From NCBI GenBank assembly GCA_031417315.1, contig JANOVK010000216.1, positions 1 to 49,738 on the forward strand: 49,738 nucleotides of DNA. Direction: 5' to 3'. Both the position numbers and the translations under genes were made by a program. The notes beneath the pieces were generated by a model. It ran no database searches. It saw nothing but the letters and a program-made list of their open reading frames with translations, and was not told the DNA's origin. This document shows, piece by piece, positions 9,707 through 20,534 of the stretch (within the stretch, counting starts at the first letter, position 1; each line of letters begins with the position of its first letter). This stretch comes from Chitinophagaceae bacterium. Its GTDB lineage: Bacteria > Bacteroidota > Bacteroidia > Chitinophagales > Chitinophagaceae.

Positions 9707-11026
9707 CTATCTAATTTTTAATGTCATGATACTAGCAACAACAAGCATTATAGTAATGATCCAAAATCTTATTGCAATTTTATTTTCATGATATCCTTTT
9801 TTTTGATAATGATGATGTAATGGACTCATTAAAAAAACTCTTCTGCCTTCACCAAATTTTTTCTTAGTGTATTTGAAATATGCAACTTGAATTATTACGC
9901 TTAAATTTTCGATTAAAAAGATGCCACAGAAAATTGGTATTAGCCATTCTTTACGAACTATAATTGCAAGTGAAGCAATAATTCCACCCAAAGCAAGGCT
10001 ACCTGTATCGCCCATAAAAATTTGTGCTGGGTAAGCATTATACCACAAAAATCCAATACATGCACCCACAAATGCACCCACAAATATTGATAACTCACCA
10101 AGATTTGGTATGTACATAATATTTAAATAATCGGCAAAAATGTAATTGCCACTTACATAAACAAATACTCCGAGGCCTGCACCAATAATTGCACTTACAC
10201 CAGCAGCTAAACCATCTAAACCATCGGTTAAATTTGCTCCATTACTAACAGCAGTTATTATAAGAGTTACAATTAAAATATAAATTATCCAAGTATATTT
10301 TTCTGCACCATCACCCATCCAACTTATTAATTTACTATAATTAAATTCATGTCCTTTTATAAAAGGAATAGTAGTTATGGGTGTTTTTACTTGAACATAT
10401 AATCTTTCTTTTCCATCAATTGTTCTAACAATAATATTTGAATCTTTTGCTAATTTTTCTCCTTCTTGCAACACATATTTAGAGCTAGTTGCAGTTGTTT
10501 GAATTTGACGTTCAACTGTTACTGAATTACTAAAATATAATGTAAGACCAATTATTATTCCTAATCCAATTTGTCCAATTATTTTTGAAATACCAGCAAG
10601 TCCATCGCTATCTTTTTTTCTATATGCATCGCCTTTTGCTAATGCAATTTTCTTAGACCGTATTTTAAAGTAATCATCTAAAAAACCAATAATACCAAGC
10701 CATACAGTACACAAAATCATTAAACGTATATAAACTTTATCGAGATTGGCAAATAATAAAGTTGGAATTAAAATGCTTAATAAAATAATAATTCCACCCA
10801 TAGTTGGGGTACCTTTTTTTTGCATTTGTCCTTCTAATCCTAAATCTCTAACGCTTTCTCCTATTTGCTTTTTTTGTAGATATAAAATTATTTTTTTGCC
10901 AAAAACAGTTGCAATAAATAATGATAATACTATGGCCATTGCAATACGAAATGTTTGGTATTGAAATAATCCTGCACCAGGAATATCATAATATTTATCT
11001 AACCATTTAAACAAGTGATATAGCAT
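9707..11026 (-). CDS. mraY: Phospho-N-acetylmuramoyl-pentapeptide transferase
   Basis: Polytopic membrane protein with MraY motifs [10 protein letters not shown] and [12 protein letters not shown]. It carries an internal loop insertion of about 70 aa. Confidence 0.95.
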   Translation of the reverse strand: MLYHLFKWLDKYYDIPGAGLFQYQTFRIAMAIVLSLFIATVFGKKIILYLQKKQIGESVRDLGLEGQMQKKGTPTMGGIIILLSILIPTLLFANLDKVYIRLMILCTVWLGIIGFLDDYFKIRSKKIALAKGDAYRKKDSDGLAGISKIIGQIGLGIIIGLTLYFSNSVTVERQIQTTATSSKYVLQEGEKLAKDSNIIVRTIDGKERLYVQVKTPITTIPFIKGHEFNYSKLISWMGDGAEKYTWIIYILIVTLIITAVSNGANLTDGLDGLAAGVSAIIGAGLGVFVYVSGNYIFADYLNIMYIPNLGELSIFVGAFVGACIGFLWYNAYPAQIFMGDTGSLALGGIIASLAIIVRKEWLIPIFCGIFLIENLSVIIQVAYFKYTKKKFGEGRRVFLMSPLHHHYQKKGYHENKIAIRFWIITIMLVVASIMTLKIR

Positions 11027-11040
11027 ATCTACAATTAATT

Positions 11041-12504
11041 TTAATTAATATTCTTAGTTAATAATTGATGTAATATTTCTTTATCGTTAAATGGATATTT
11101 TACTCCATTTATATCCTGATATTTTTCGTGTCCTTTACCTGCAACTAAAATGATGTCTTCCTTTTTAGCCATCATTACAGCAGATTTTATTGCTTCGTTT
11201 CTATCAACAATCGAAACAAATTTTCTTTTTGCTGAACTCGTTAATCCAACTTCCATATCGTTTAAAATTTCATTTGCATTTTCAGTTCTAGGATTATCAC
11301 TTGTGAAAATTGCTTTATCACTTAAATCGCATGCAACCTGAGCCATAATTGGTCTTTTAGATTTATCTCTATCTCCACCACAACCAATTACAGTAATAAT
11401 TTGCTCGTGTCCTTTGCGAAGTTTTTTTATTGTACCTAATACATTTTCTAATGCATCAGGTGTGTGTGCATAATCTACAATTCCAACAACTAAATTGTCG
11501 CCAATTATATAATCAAATCTTCCTTCAGCACCAGTAACCAGACTTAAATTTGTTAGAATATTTTGTTTCTCTTCGCCCAAACAAATTGCTGTAGCATATA
11601 CCGACAAAAGGTTGTATGCATTAAACTCTCCTATTAATCTAAAATGAACTTCTACATCGTTTACTAACATTTGTAACCCAGTTAGTGCATTATCTAAAAT
11701 TTTTCCTTTTATATCTGATGGATTTTTTAAGCTATAATATATTTTTTTAGCTTTTGTATTTTGCAACATTACTTCGCCACGTTTGTCATCCATATTTGAT
11801 ATGGCAAATGATGTTGCTGATAAATTATCGAAAAATGTTTTTTTAGCTTTTATATATTCATCAAAAGTTTTATGATAATCTAAATGATCGTGAGTTATAT
11901 TGCTAAATATGCCAACTGCAAAATGCAATCCTGAAATTCTATGTTGATGAATTGCATGACTACTACATTCCATAAAAACAAATGCACATTTTTCATCAAC
12001 CATTTTAACTAAAAGTTTATTTAAAGTAATAGCATCAGGTGTTGTGTGTGTTGATGGAATAATTGTATTCGCAATTTGATTTTGAATAGTACTTATTAAA
12101 CCGCATTTATAACCAAGTTGAGTAAACAAATTAAATAGAACCGTTGCTATTGTTGTTTTTCCATTAGTGCCTGTTACGCCTATTAATTTAATTTTTTTTG
12201 ATGGCTCGCCATAAAATTGATGTGCCATTAACGCTGCAGATTCATGAGAATTATTAACAACTAAATAAGTAACATTTTCGATTTGCGATAAGGGCATTTC
12301 TTCGCAAACTATTGTAGTAGCACCTAAATCAATTGCATTATTTATATAAGCATGCCCATCAGTTTTCTCTCCTTTAATTGCAATAAATACAAAACTTTTT
12401 TGTACAAATCTTGAATCAATTGTAATACCAACAACAACATTTTCTGTTGAGCCTTGCACTGCTTTTAGCTGCACTTTATACAATATGTCTTTTAATAATA
12501 TCAT
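11041..12504 (-). CDS. murE: UDP-N-acetylmuramoyl-L-alanyl-D-glutamate--2,6-diaminopimelate ligase
   Basis: P-loop [10 protein letters not shown] and the DNPR motif (TSDNPRTE) typical of meso-DAP-adding MurE. Its ATG overlaps the ftsI TAA (TAATG). Confidence 0.93.
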   Translation of the reverse strand: MILLKDILYKVQLKAVQGSTENVVVGITIDSRFVQKSFVFIAIKGEKTDGHAYINNAIDLGATTIVCEEMPLSQIENVTYLVVNNSHESAALMAHQFYGEPSKKIKLIGVTGTNGKTTIATVLFNLFTQLGYKCGLISTIQNQIANTIIPSTHTTPDAITLNKLLVKMVDEKCAFVFMECSSHAIHQHRISGLHFAVGIFSNITHDHLDYHKTFDEYIKAKKTFFDNLSATSFAISNMDDKRGEVMLQNTKAKKIYYSLKNPSDIKGKILDNALTGLQMLVNDVEVHFRLIGEFNAYNLLSVYATAICLGEEKQNILTNLSLVTGAEGRFDYIIGDNLVVGIVDYAHTPDALENVLGTIKKLRKGHEQIITVIGCGGDRDKSKRPIMAQVACDLSDKAIFTSDNPRTENANEILNDMEVGLTSSAKRKFVSIVDRNEAIKSAVMMAKKEDIILVAGKGHEKYQDINGVKYPFNDKEILHQLLTKNIN

Positions 12505-14626
12505 TAATTTAAAAAAAGATTTATAGTTTGTCCAAACGAAATTTTTGCACCATCTTCAATCGATTGAACATTCACTTTTCCTTTACCACTAATCTTTGTT
12601 TTTAATCCAATCGATTCACATAAATAAACTGCATCTTTTATATTCATACCTTTTAACAAAGGCATAATTTGCTTATTAATTTTTTTTGATGTGATGCTTA
12701 ATAATTTTGAATTTCCATTTGAGTTTATCCAATCATCTGCTAACCCAACATTTTCTTTATATTTTAATCCTACTCTCGACATCACATATGTTATGTCATC
12801 TTTGTTTCCACTGAAATTGATTAACGAGCTATCATTTTTTACTAATTCGTCTCCACTGTTTTTTGAATTTTTTACATACGTTGTATAAAGCCTATCTGCT
12901 ATTTCTTTAAAAACTGGGCCTGCAACTTCAGCTCCATAATGCAATACAGGATGGGGTTTATTAACTATTACAACAACACAAGTAAACTGTGGATTATCTG
13001 CAGGAAAAATCCTGCAAATGAAGATTGATAGATTTTATCTGAATATTTTATTTTATTATCAACAACAAAAGAAGTTCCTGTTTTACCTGCAACTAAATAA
13101 TTATTTTCTTTAAATAATTTTCTTGCAGTTCCTAAATCACTATGGCAAACTCCAACTAAACAATCTTTTAACATTGCTAAAGTTGCATCGCTACAAATTT
13201 TTTCATTTAAAATTGTAGGAGAAAAATTTTGAATTAATTCTCCATCTTTACTAATTGAATTAACTAAATAAGGTTTCATCATTTTACCATTATTAGCAAC
13301 TGCATTATATAAGGTTAATGTTTGAAGAGGTGTTATACTAATATTATATCCATGAGCCATCCAAGGCAATGTAGTTCTGCTCCAAGTTTTATTACCAGGT
13401 TTATGAAATATTGGAAATCTTTCTCCAACAATATCAATTCCACTAACCGTATCTAATCTTAAACTATGTAACTTATTTATAAATTGATTGGGATTACTTG
13501 CATAATTCATCCAAACCATTTTTGCCATTCCAACATTACTACTTAGCTCAAAAGCTTCTTTAGCTGTAACCTCTTTTCGTCCATGAATTTCTGAATCAAA
13601 AACAGTAGCATTTGTTGCAAAATTCCAAACTCCTCCACCTAAGTTTACTAATGTTGATGGCTTTACTTTTCCTTGATCGAACAATGCTATCATTGTTGCT
13701 AACTTAAATGTGCTACCAGGTTCAGTTGCATATAATGCATAATTTTTATTCTCGATATAAGTTTGAGTATTTTCATCAAACCCCAAATTTGCAATGGCTT
13801 TAATTTTCCCTGTTTTGGTTTCCATAACAATGGCACAACCAAACTGGGCTTGATTTTTAGTCAACATACTTTCTAAAGCAGTTTCAGTAATTTCTTGTGT
13901 TAAAACATCAATGGTTGTTATAATATCTTTTCCATTTTGAGTTTCTGTTTCAATTGCTCCTTCAACAGGAACAGCAACTCCACCTGCTATATATCTTACA
14001 GTTCTAGTTCCACCAATTCCCTTTAAAACACTATCATAACTTAATTCTAAACCAACCTTAAAACTATCTCTTGCTAACCCAATTGTTCTAAATGCAAGTT
14101 TGCCATAAGGATTTAATCTTTTATTTTTTACCTCACCAATAAAACCACTTGTATTTCTACCCAATTTAATTAATGGAAATGTATTTAATTCTTTAAACTG
14201 ATTATAATTAATATGTTTTTTAAATGAAAAATACCGAGTCTTTTTTTTGTACTCTTTAACCAAAATTTTTTTATACTCTGCTTCAGTAAAATCTTTAAAT
14301 TGGTTACTTAAATAATAACTTAACGAATCTATATTTTTATAAAATTTACTGCCTCTATCTGCTCTTAAACCTTCTGCACCAAAATCAATATATACATCAA
14401 ATTCTGGAATACTAGTGCTTAACATTTTTCCATCTTGGCTATAAATTGTACCTCGTTCTGCAATAATCGTATCAGTTTTAATATGCAAGGATTCGTTTAA
14501 ACTTCTCCAATATTTTCCTTCAGTTTGTTGAATTTTTGCTGCACTACCGATTATAAAAATACTAATGATAACAATTAGCATGAAGCACAAATAAGCTCGA
14601 GATAATATATCGTTTTTTATATCCAT
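12504..14626 (-). pseudogene. ftsI: Class B penicillin-binding protein FtsI/PBP3 with C-terminal PASTA-like domain, frame broken by a 1-nt deletion
   Basis: The 552-aa ORF (12968-14626) carries SxxK (STFK), SxN (SSN) and KTG (KTGT). It ends in the nonsense tail ...FFLQIIHSLLVLL*. Shifting one base at the T5 run (plus-strand A5, 13005-13009) gives GFFPADNPQFTCVVVIVNKPHPVLHYGAEVAGPVFKEIADR. That reading runs straight into ORF 12504-12944. Reconstructed length is 707 aa. Confidence 0.85.
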
Positions 14627-14645
14627 TCAGCTACTAAAAATTAAA

Positions 14646-14999
14646 TTAGTTTTTGGTTTTTGATTCTAATTTTATTCTCCTTGGCATTTCTTTACTTAAA
14701 TGCAAACCCAGTGGTGTAGCTGCTTTTACAACTTCACCTTCTTCACTCATTTTCATTACCTCACTTTTTACAGTTTTATATTCGTATTGTAAATCGTTAA
14801 TGCTTTTTTGAGAATTGTTTATTGAACGAATTGTTTTATCAGTCCAATGTCCGTAGGCTATATATACAACTGCTAATAAGGCTATGTATAAAAAAAATCC
14901 GAGATTATTATTAATCCATTTTGATTGGAATAATCCAACTACACCTTTGTTAGATGTTTTTAATTGATCGTTTGAAATTGGGGCAGCTGTTTCAGTCAC
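14646..14999 (-). CDS. ftsL: FtsL-like small bitopic division protein
   Basis: 117 aa with a single TM (FFLYIALLAVVYIAYG) followed by a coiled-coil-like stretch. Sits between rsmH and ftsI. GTG start at 14997-14999. Confidence 0.6.
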   Translation of the reverse strand: MTETAAPISNDQLKTSNKGVVGLFQSKWINNNLGFFLYIALLAVVYIAYGHWTDKTIRSINNSQKSINDLQYEYKTVKSEVMKMSEEGEVVKAATPLGLHLSKEMPRRIKLESKTKN

Positions 15000-15033
15000 G
15001 GATTAAGGAATTATCTTTATGTTAATGCTACTA

Positions 15034-15954
15034 TTAAACTTTTTCTACTACTCTTAATTTTGCACTTCTACTTCTTTTATTTCTCTCCAATTCTTCCTCA
15101 CTCGCTTCAATTGGTTTTTTTGAAATGGGTTTAAAAATTTTATCCTTTATAACAGTTGAGAAAGGATTTAAATCTTCTTCTATTTCAATATTTCCATGTT
15201 TAAAAAAATTCTTTACAATTCAATCTTCTATAGAATGAAATGTAATAATGGCAACTCTTGATCTAGTTTGAAGCACATTTGGTAATTGCATAAGCATTTC
15301 TTTTAATGCACCTACTTCATCATTCACTTCAATTCGTAATGCCTGAAACACTTGTGCCAAATACTTATTTGGATTACCTTTAATTAAAGAGCTGATTAAA
15401 ATTTTAAACTGACTAATTGTTTCCAAATTTGCATTACGCCTATTTTGAACAATAAGGTTAGCCAATGTTTTTGCATTTGTTACTTGTCCATATTCCTGAA
15501 AAATTAATTGCAACTTTTCGGCAGAATAAGTTTCAAGTATATGTTTAGCATTTACGTTTTGGCTCGAATCCATTCTCATATCTAAGGGTCCATCAAATCT
15601 TGTAGAAAATCCTCTTGTACCTTCGTCGAATTGATGACTACTTACACCCAAATCTGCCAAAACACCATCTACTTTTTCAATTTTATACAATCGTAAAAAA
15701 CGTTGTATATGTTTAAAATTTTGAGGAACAAAAACCAAACGATCATCACTTATTACATTTTTTTTAGCATCAGCATCTTGATCGAATACAACTAATCTTC
15801 CCTCTGCACTTAATTTTTCTAAAATCGCTTTACTATGCCCACCCCCTCCATAAGTACAATCAACATAAATTCCATTTGGCTTAATGTTCAAGGCATCTAT
15901 TACTTCATTTAAAAGAACAGGTATATGATAATCGTTGTTGTTTTCTTTACTCAT
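15034..15954 (-). pseudogene. rsmH: 16S rRNA (cytosine1402-N4)-methyltransferase RsmH/MraW interrupted by an in-frame TGA
   Basis: HIPVLLNEV and DCTYGGGGHS motifs. The ORF stops at TGA (15220-15222), exactly where the conserved FHSLEDR arginine is expected. The same frame stays open for 62 more codons (IVKNFFKHGNIE...NKRSRSAKLRVVEKV*) to TAA at 15034-15036, giving a normal 306-codon RsmH. Confidence 0.85.
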
Positions 15955-15965
15955 AAAAACAAAAA

Positions 15966-16430
15966 CTAATCATTAAAATTTATTTTATACTCATCTAAAA
16001 TTGCCCTTGCATTTTCACTTAAATTATCTTCTGTTGTGTTTTCGAACATTTGGTTATACTTGGTTTTATCCCATATTTCGAACCGAGATAAAACACCAAA
16101 AACAACAATGTCTTTTTCTATACCAGCATACTCTTTTAAAGATTGTTGAAGATTCAATCTTCCAGCACTATCTAAACTTACTTCTGTAGCACCTCGTAAA
16201 AAATTTCTTTTAAAAACAACAACTCTTGGGTCGAGGTCGTTTAATCCACTAATTTTGTTAAGTATTTTGTCCCAAGTAGATTTAGGATATAACGTTAAGC
16301 AGTTTCCAGCACCGCGACTTATAGTGAAGCTATTCTCCGATTCAGGCAGTTGTTTTTTTACAGCAGCTGGCATCAGAAAGCGACCTTTAGAGTCTATTGT
16401 TGCTTCATATTCGCCTTGAAATTTGCTCAT
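15966..16430 (-). CDS. mraZ: Transcriptional regulator MraZ
   Basis: Two SpoVT/AbrB-like halves (DSKGRFLMPA and DSAGRLNL). First gene of the dcw cluster. I use the internal ATG at 16428-16430 (MSKFQGEYE...), because the 27-codon upstream extension in the ORF track looks non-native. Confidence 0.9.
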   Translation of the reverse strand: MSKFQGEYEATIDSKGRFLMPAAVKKQLPESENSFTISRGAGNCLTLYPKSTWDKILNKISGLNDLDPRVVVFKRNFLRGATEVSLDSAGRLNLQQSLKEYAGIEKDIVVFGVLSRFEIWDKTKYNQMFENTTEDNLSENARAILDEYKINFND

Positions 16431-16523
16431 TGTTAAGAAATATTTTAAATCTTCCCACTTATTGACACAAAATAACAGAGAAAAACACAAACCAACAATT
16501 TGTTTTTTCAATTATTTGATATT

Positions 16524-16567
16524 GATGTGGATTAGTATGTTAATTAGTAGGTGAATTTATGTGGATA
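16524..16567 (+). promoter_or_regulatory. Array of four GTKRA direct repeats upstream of mraZ (candidate MraZ operator)
   Basis: GTGGAttagtat GTTAAttagtag GTGAAtttat GTGGAta. Cores lie at 16527, 16539, 16551 and 16561 (spacing 12/12/10 nt), 95-135 bp upstream of the mraZ ATG. Confidence 0.3.
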
Positions 16568-16690
16568 AACAACTACTTTATAATGCCATATTGAATTTCA
16601 ATTAACACGGCTATTTAAATAAATTGTTAATAATTATTAAAAGAATTTGTGTAGAAAAGTGTTGAATTAATTCTATTTAAAGAAAAAAGG

Positions 16691-17914
16691 ATGAACAAAA
16701 GCCCTAAAAATATAAAAATTGAAGATTATTTGTACAATTTACCAGATGAAAAAATTGCAAAATATCCGTTACAAAAAAGAGATGAAAGTAAATTATTAGT
16801 TTTCGAAAAAGGAGTAATAACTGAAACTATTTATTTTAATTTGGCTCTTAAAATTCCAGAAAAAAGTTTACTAGTTTTTAACAATACTAAAGTTGTTGAA
16901 GCAAGATTATTATTTAAAAAAGATTCTGGGAGTATCATAGAAATTTTTTGTTTAGAGCCATCAGAAATTTATGCCGATATAACGAGTGCAATGCTTGAAA
17001 AAAGTAGTGTACAATGGAAGTGTTTAATTGGTGGGGCAAAAAAATGGAAAGATGAAACTCTTACAAAACAAATTAATGAACTCCATAATTTATCGGTACA
17101 TAAAATTGAAAAGAAAACAGATTATTTTTTAATTGAATTTAATTGGAGTAATAGCAATTTAACCTTCGCTGAGATTTTACATTTAGCTGGAGAAATACCA
17201 TTACCACCATACTTAAATAGAAACGTTGAGGAAAATGATAAACTAACATACCAAACTATTTATGCTACTGAAAATGGCTCTGTAGCTGCTCCAACTGCAG
17301 GTTTACATTTTACAGATTCGGTTTTTAATGATTTAAAAAATAAAAAAATAAAAATAGACTTTGTAACACTACATGTAGGTGCAGGAACTTTTAAGCCTGT
17401 AAAAGCAGCAACTATACAAGAGCACGAAATGCATGCAGAGTTTATTGAAGTAGAGTTAATTTTTATTGAAAATGTTTTACAAAATTTAACTGAAAATATT
17501 ATTGCTATTGGTACAACATCATTACGAACTATTGAAAGTTTATATTGGATAGGAGTTAAATTAATTAGTAATAAAATAATTTACGAAAAAATAGTTCCAG
17601 AAGTTTTTCAGTGGGATGCTTACGAATTACCACAAAATATATCTGCAATTGATTCATTTAATTTTTTAATAGGTTGGATGAAAAATAATAGTCTTAAAAA
17701 AATTATTACTAAAACTCAAATTATTATTGCTCCAGGATATAAATTAAAAATTGCGAATGGATTAATTACAAATTTTCATCAACCAAAATCTACACTTTTA
17801 TTATTAATTGCCGCAATTGTTGGAGATGATTGGAAGAAAATCTACCAACATGCTTTAGAAAATAATTATAGATTTTTAAGTTATGGGGATGGGTGTTTAC
17901 TTTGGAACAATTAA
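16691..17914 (+). CDS. queA: S-adenosylmethionine:tRNA ribosyltransferase-isomerase
   Basis: N-terminal YNLPDEKIAKYPLQKRDESKLLV. Also LPPYL, AAPTAGLHFT, GAGTF and the C-terminal FLSYGD motif. Confidence 0.92.
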   Translation: MNKSPKNIKIEDYLYNLPDEKIAKYPLQKRDESKLLVFEKGVITETIYFNLALKIPEKSLLVFNNTKVVEARLLFKKDSGSIIEIFCLEPSEIYADITSAMLEKSSVQWKCLIGGAKKWKDETLTKQINELHNLSVHKIEKKTDYFLIEFNWSNSNLTFAEILHLAGEIPLPPYLNRNVEENDKLTYQTIYATENGSVAAPTAGLHFTDSVFNDLKNKKIKIDFVTLHVGAGTFKPVKAATIQEHEMHAEFIEVELIFIENVLQNLTENIIAIGTTSLRTIESLYWIGVKLISNKIIYEKIVPEVFQWDAYELPQNISAIDSFNFLIGWMKNNSLKKIITKTQIIIAPGYKLKIANGLITNFHQPKSTLLLLIAAIVGDDWKKIYQHALENNYRFLSYGDGCLLWNN

Positions 17915-18324
17915 ACAAATATTTTTATGTTTCTAATGTTTTCTGATATCAGTGAAATATTTATTTTAACAAAATCATTTGGTAAAATTTCGATTATTTT
18001 TTCTGGCCATTCAATAAAACAATAATGGTTACTATTCAAAATTTCTTCAATGCCACATTGTATGGCTTCTTCTTCATCTTTTAGCCTATACAAATCAATA
18101 TGGTAAATAGTTCCAACTTGTTTACTCGTATACTCGTTAATGATTGAAAATGTTGGACTATTTGATAATTCAATTATGTTTAAATACTTACATAAAGCAT
18201 TTATAAAAGTGGTTTTTCCACTACCCATTGGAGCATCAAAAAGCCAAATTTTTTTGTGTTTACAATTTTGCCAAACTTGTTTAACAATTTTATCTAAATC
18301 TACTAAATCGTAAGTAAAATTCAT
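17911..18324 (-). CDS. tsaE: tRNA t6A37 biosynthesis ATPase TsaE
   Basis: 137 aa with P-loop PMGSGKTT, then SPTF and HIDLYRL motifs. Its stop codon overlaps the convergent queA stop. Confidence 0.9.
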   Translation of the reverse strand: MNFTYDLVDLDKIVKQVWQNCKHKKIWLFDAPMGSGKTTFINALCKYLNIIELSNSPTFSIINEYTSKQVGTIYHIDLYRLKDEEEAIQCGIEEILNSNHYCFIEWPEKIIEILPNDFVKINISLISENIRNIKIFV

Positions 18325-18354
18325 AATACAAAAGTAGTTAAGGAAACAAGATTA

Positions 18355-18385
18355 TTGTTTTCAATATTTTCATTAAGTAAATTTG
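18355..18385 (+). promoter_or_regulatory. Bacteroidota-type promoter (-33 TTG / -7 TAnnTTTG) for the P-type ATPase
   Basis: TTG at 18355-18357, a 20-nt spacer, then TAAATTTG at 18378-18385, 13 nt before the ATG. Confidence 0.4.
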
Positions 18386-18398
18386 CTAAAATTGAGTT

Positions 18399-20519
18399 AT
18401 GGAAACAACTGATATTAATGTTGAAGGAATGAGTTGTACAAGTTGTGCATTAAGCATTCAGAAATATTTAGAAAAAGAAGGTGCTGAAGATGTTAAAGTA
18501 AATTATGTTTCGGGAGATATTAGCTTTAAAAATGCTTTAAACAAAAATTCAGAAACTATAGAAAAAGGAATTAATCAATTAGGTTATTCAATAAAAAAAG
18601 CTTCATCTCAAAAAAATCAACATTCATTTAAATCAAAAAATACACACCTAAATAGATTTTTATTTAGTTTAATTTTTTCACTCCCATTATTTGTTTCTCA
18701 CATTATTCATTTCAATTGGATCATGAATCCCTTTGTACAACTGGCTCTCACCACCCCAGTATATATTATAGGTATGAGCTATTTTGGAAAGAGTGCTATT
18801 AAAAGTTTGATGAATAGATACCCCAATATGAATGTATTAATTTCTGTTGGTGTAACAGCTGCTTACGGATATAGTTTATATGGTTTATTAATTGGCAATG
18901 CCCATGAGTTTATGTTTTTTGAAACTACTGCAACAACTTTAACATTAGTTTTTTTAGGAAATTATTTAGAAGAAAAAACAAGTGATCAAACACAAAAAGC
19001 AGTTAAGTCATTAATCAAAAGCCAAGATCAAAAGGCAACTATGATTGCATTTGACGATAAATATCAAGAACAAACTTTTATTGTTGATAGTAAAGATTTA
19101 AAAGTTGGTGATTTAATTTTAATTAAAACTGGTGAGCAAATACCTGCAGATTGTAAAATTCTTTGGGGTGATGGAAGAGTAAACGAAAGTATTTTAACTG
19201 GTGAAAGTGTTCCTATTTTAAAAAAACAAACAGAACTATTAATTGGTGGAAGCATTGTTGAAGAAGGATTATTTAAAGCACAGGTTACTGCTGCTGGAAA
19301 CGATTCAATACTTGCACAAATAATAAAACTTATTCAACAAGCACAAACTGAAAAACCACCCATGCAGCAACTTGCAGATAAAATAAGTGCTGTATTTGTG
19401 CCAGCAGTAATTGTAATTGCTTTTTTAACATTAACAATAAATTATTTTGTTTTTAATATTACATTTACAGAGAGTTTAATTCGTTGTGTTGCAGTGCTAG
19501 TAATATCTTGCCCCTGTGCTATGGGCTTAGCAACTCCTGCTGCCATTGCTGTTGGCTTGGGTAGGGCAATAAAAAATGGCGTTCTATTTAAAGATGCTAA
19601 GAGTTTAGAATTATTTAAAAAAATTACACAAATTGTATTCGATAAAACAGGAACACTTACAACAGGAATTTTTAAAATAGTAAAATATGAAACCTCAATA
19701 ACTAATGAAAATTTTAAACAAATAGTATATTCATTAGAGAAATATTCTAATCATCCTTTAGCAAAAACAATAACAAATGATTGGAAAACTACAGATGAAA
19801 TTAGATGGGAAAAAATTGATGAAATAAAGGGCTTAGGATTATTGGCCACAGACAAAGATGGTAATAAATTTTCTGCAACATCATTTAAACATGTTAGGGA
19901 TTTAACTTTAGATTATTCTCATAATATTTATATCACAAAAAACAATGAATTAATTGGCTGGATTGATGTTGCAGATGAAATAAGACCAGAATCTAAACAA
20001 ATAATTTCGTATTTAAAAAGCAAAAAAATTAAAACCATTTTATTAAGTGGTGATAAAAAAGAAAGTTGTTTAAAAGTTGCGAACGAACTTGAAATTGATG
20101 AAGTTTATGCTGAACAAACTCCAGAAGATAAAATAAAATTTATTGCTAAATTAAATGCTATAACCCCTACTGCAATGGTTGGTGATGGAATAAATGATGC
20201 CCCTGCATTAGCCAAAGCTAGTATTGGAATTTCGTTAAGCGAAGCCAGCCAATTAGCTATACAATCTTCGCAAGTTGTGTTAATGAAATCGGGATTAAAA
20301 AAATTACCTTTTGCATTAGGTATTGGCAAGCACACTTTTATTACCATTCAAGAAAATTTATTTTGGGCATTAATTTATAATGTTATTGCAATTCCAGTTG
20401 CTGCAGTTGGTTTATTAGGTAAATATGGACCCACTTATGGTGCTATTATTATGGGGTTAAGTGATGTTGTACTTGCAGTTAATAGTTTAAGATTAAGATT
20501 TAAAAATGTAGAAAAATAA
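18399..20519 (+). CDS. copA: Heavy-metal (Cu+-type, P1B) translocating P-type ATPase
   Basis: N-terminal HMA domain with GMSCTSC, TM6 CPC (SCPCAMG) and phosphorylation site FDKTGTLT, plus GDGINDAP. TM7 reads N-x6-YN-x4-P and TM8 reads M-x2-SD-x5-N, which is close to the P1B-1 copper signature. Confidence 0.88.
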   Translation: METTDINVEGMSCTSCALSIQKYLEKEGAEDVKVNYVSGDISFKNALNKNSETIEKGINQLGYSIKKASSQKNQHSFKSKNTHLNRFLFSLIFSLPLFVSHIIHFNWIMNPFVQLALTTPVYIIGMSYFGKSAIKSLMNRYPNMNVLISVGVTAAYGYSLYGLLIGNAHEFMFFETTATTLTLVFLGNYLEEKTSDQTQKAVKSLIKSQDQKATMIAFDDKYQEQTFIVDSKDLKVGDLILIKTGEQIPADCKILWGDGRVNESILTGESVPILKKQTELLIGGSIVEEGLFKAQVTAAGNDSILAQIIKLIQQAQTEKPPMQQLADKISAVFVPAVIVIAFLTLTINYFVFNITFTESLIRCVAVLVISCPCAMGLATPAAIAVGLGRAIKNGVLFKDAKSLELFKKITQIVFDKTGTLTTGIFKIVKYETSITNENFKQIVYSLEKYSNHPLAKTITNDWKTTDEIRWEKIDEIKGLGLLATDKDGNKFSATSFKHVRDLTLDYSHNIYITKNNELIGWIDVADEIRPESKQIISYLKSKKIKTILLSGDKKESCLKVANELEIDEVYAEQTPEDKIKFIAKLNAITPTAMVGDGINDAPALAKASIGISLSEASQLAIQSSQVVLMKSGLKKLPFALGIGKHTFITIQENLFWALIYNVIAIPVAAVGLLGKYGPTYGAIIMGLSDVVLAVNSLRLRFKNVEK

Positions 20520-20534
20520 TATTTTTTTTAAGAA

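Noticed and set aside
12504-12944. The 146-aa ORF as an independent small PASTA-domain gene
   Set aside because: Its listed start is a TTG chosen by the ORF finder. The frame upstream of it stays open and encodes the conserved continuation of FtsI (PADNPQFTCVVVIVNKPHPVL). It is the 3' part of the frameshifted ftsI.
15220-15222. The in-frame TGA in rsmH as evidence for an alternative genetic code (TGA as Trp or Gly) or for selenocysteine
   Set aside because: - The aligned conserved residue is Arg, not Trp, Gly or Cys.
- Every other conserved gene in the window is full length under the standard code.
- TGA functions as a real stop in the ATGA overlap at 44664-44667.
- RsmH is not a selenoprotein family, and I see no obvious SECIS-like hairpin downstream.
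- A point mutation or a sequencing error is more parsimonious.
188-16430. The absence of murF and ddl from the dcw cluster as a deletion or anomaly
   Set aside because: To my knowledge this compact mraZ-to-ftsZ order without murF/ddl is the usual arrangement in Bacteroidota. The junctions murE-mraY (14 nt) and murC-ftsQ (5 nt) show no scar.
16431-16511. The 27-codon N-terminal extension of mraZ in the ORF track
   Set aside because: MraZ proteins begin close to the MxxFxGxxE...DxKGR block. The extension (MKKQIVGLCFSLLFCVNKWEDLKYFLT) is hydrophobic and unlike MraZ. The internal ATG at 16430 gives the normal size of about 154 aa.
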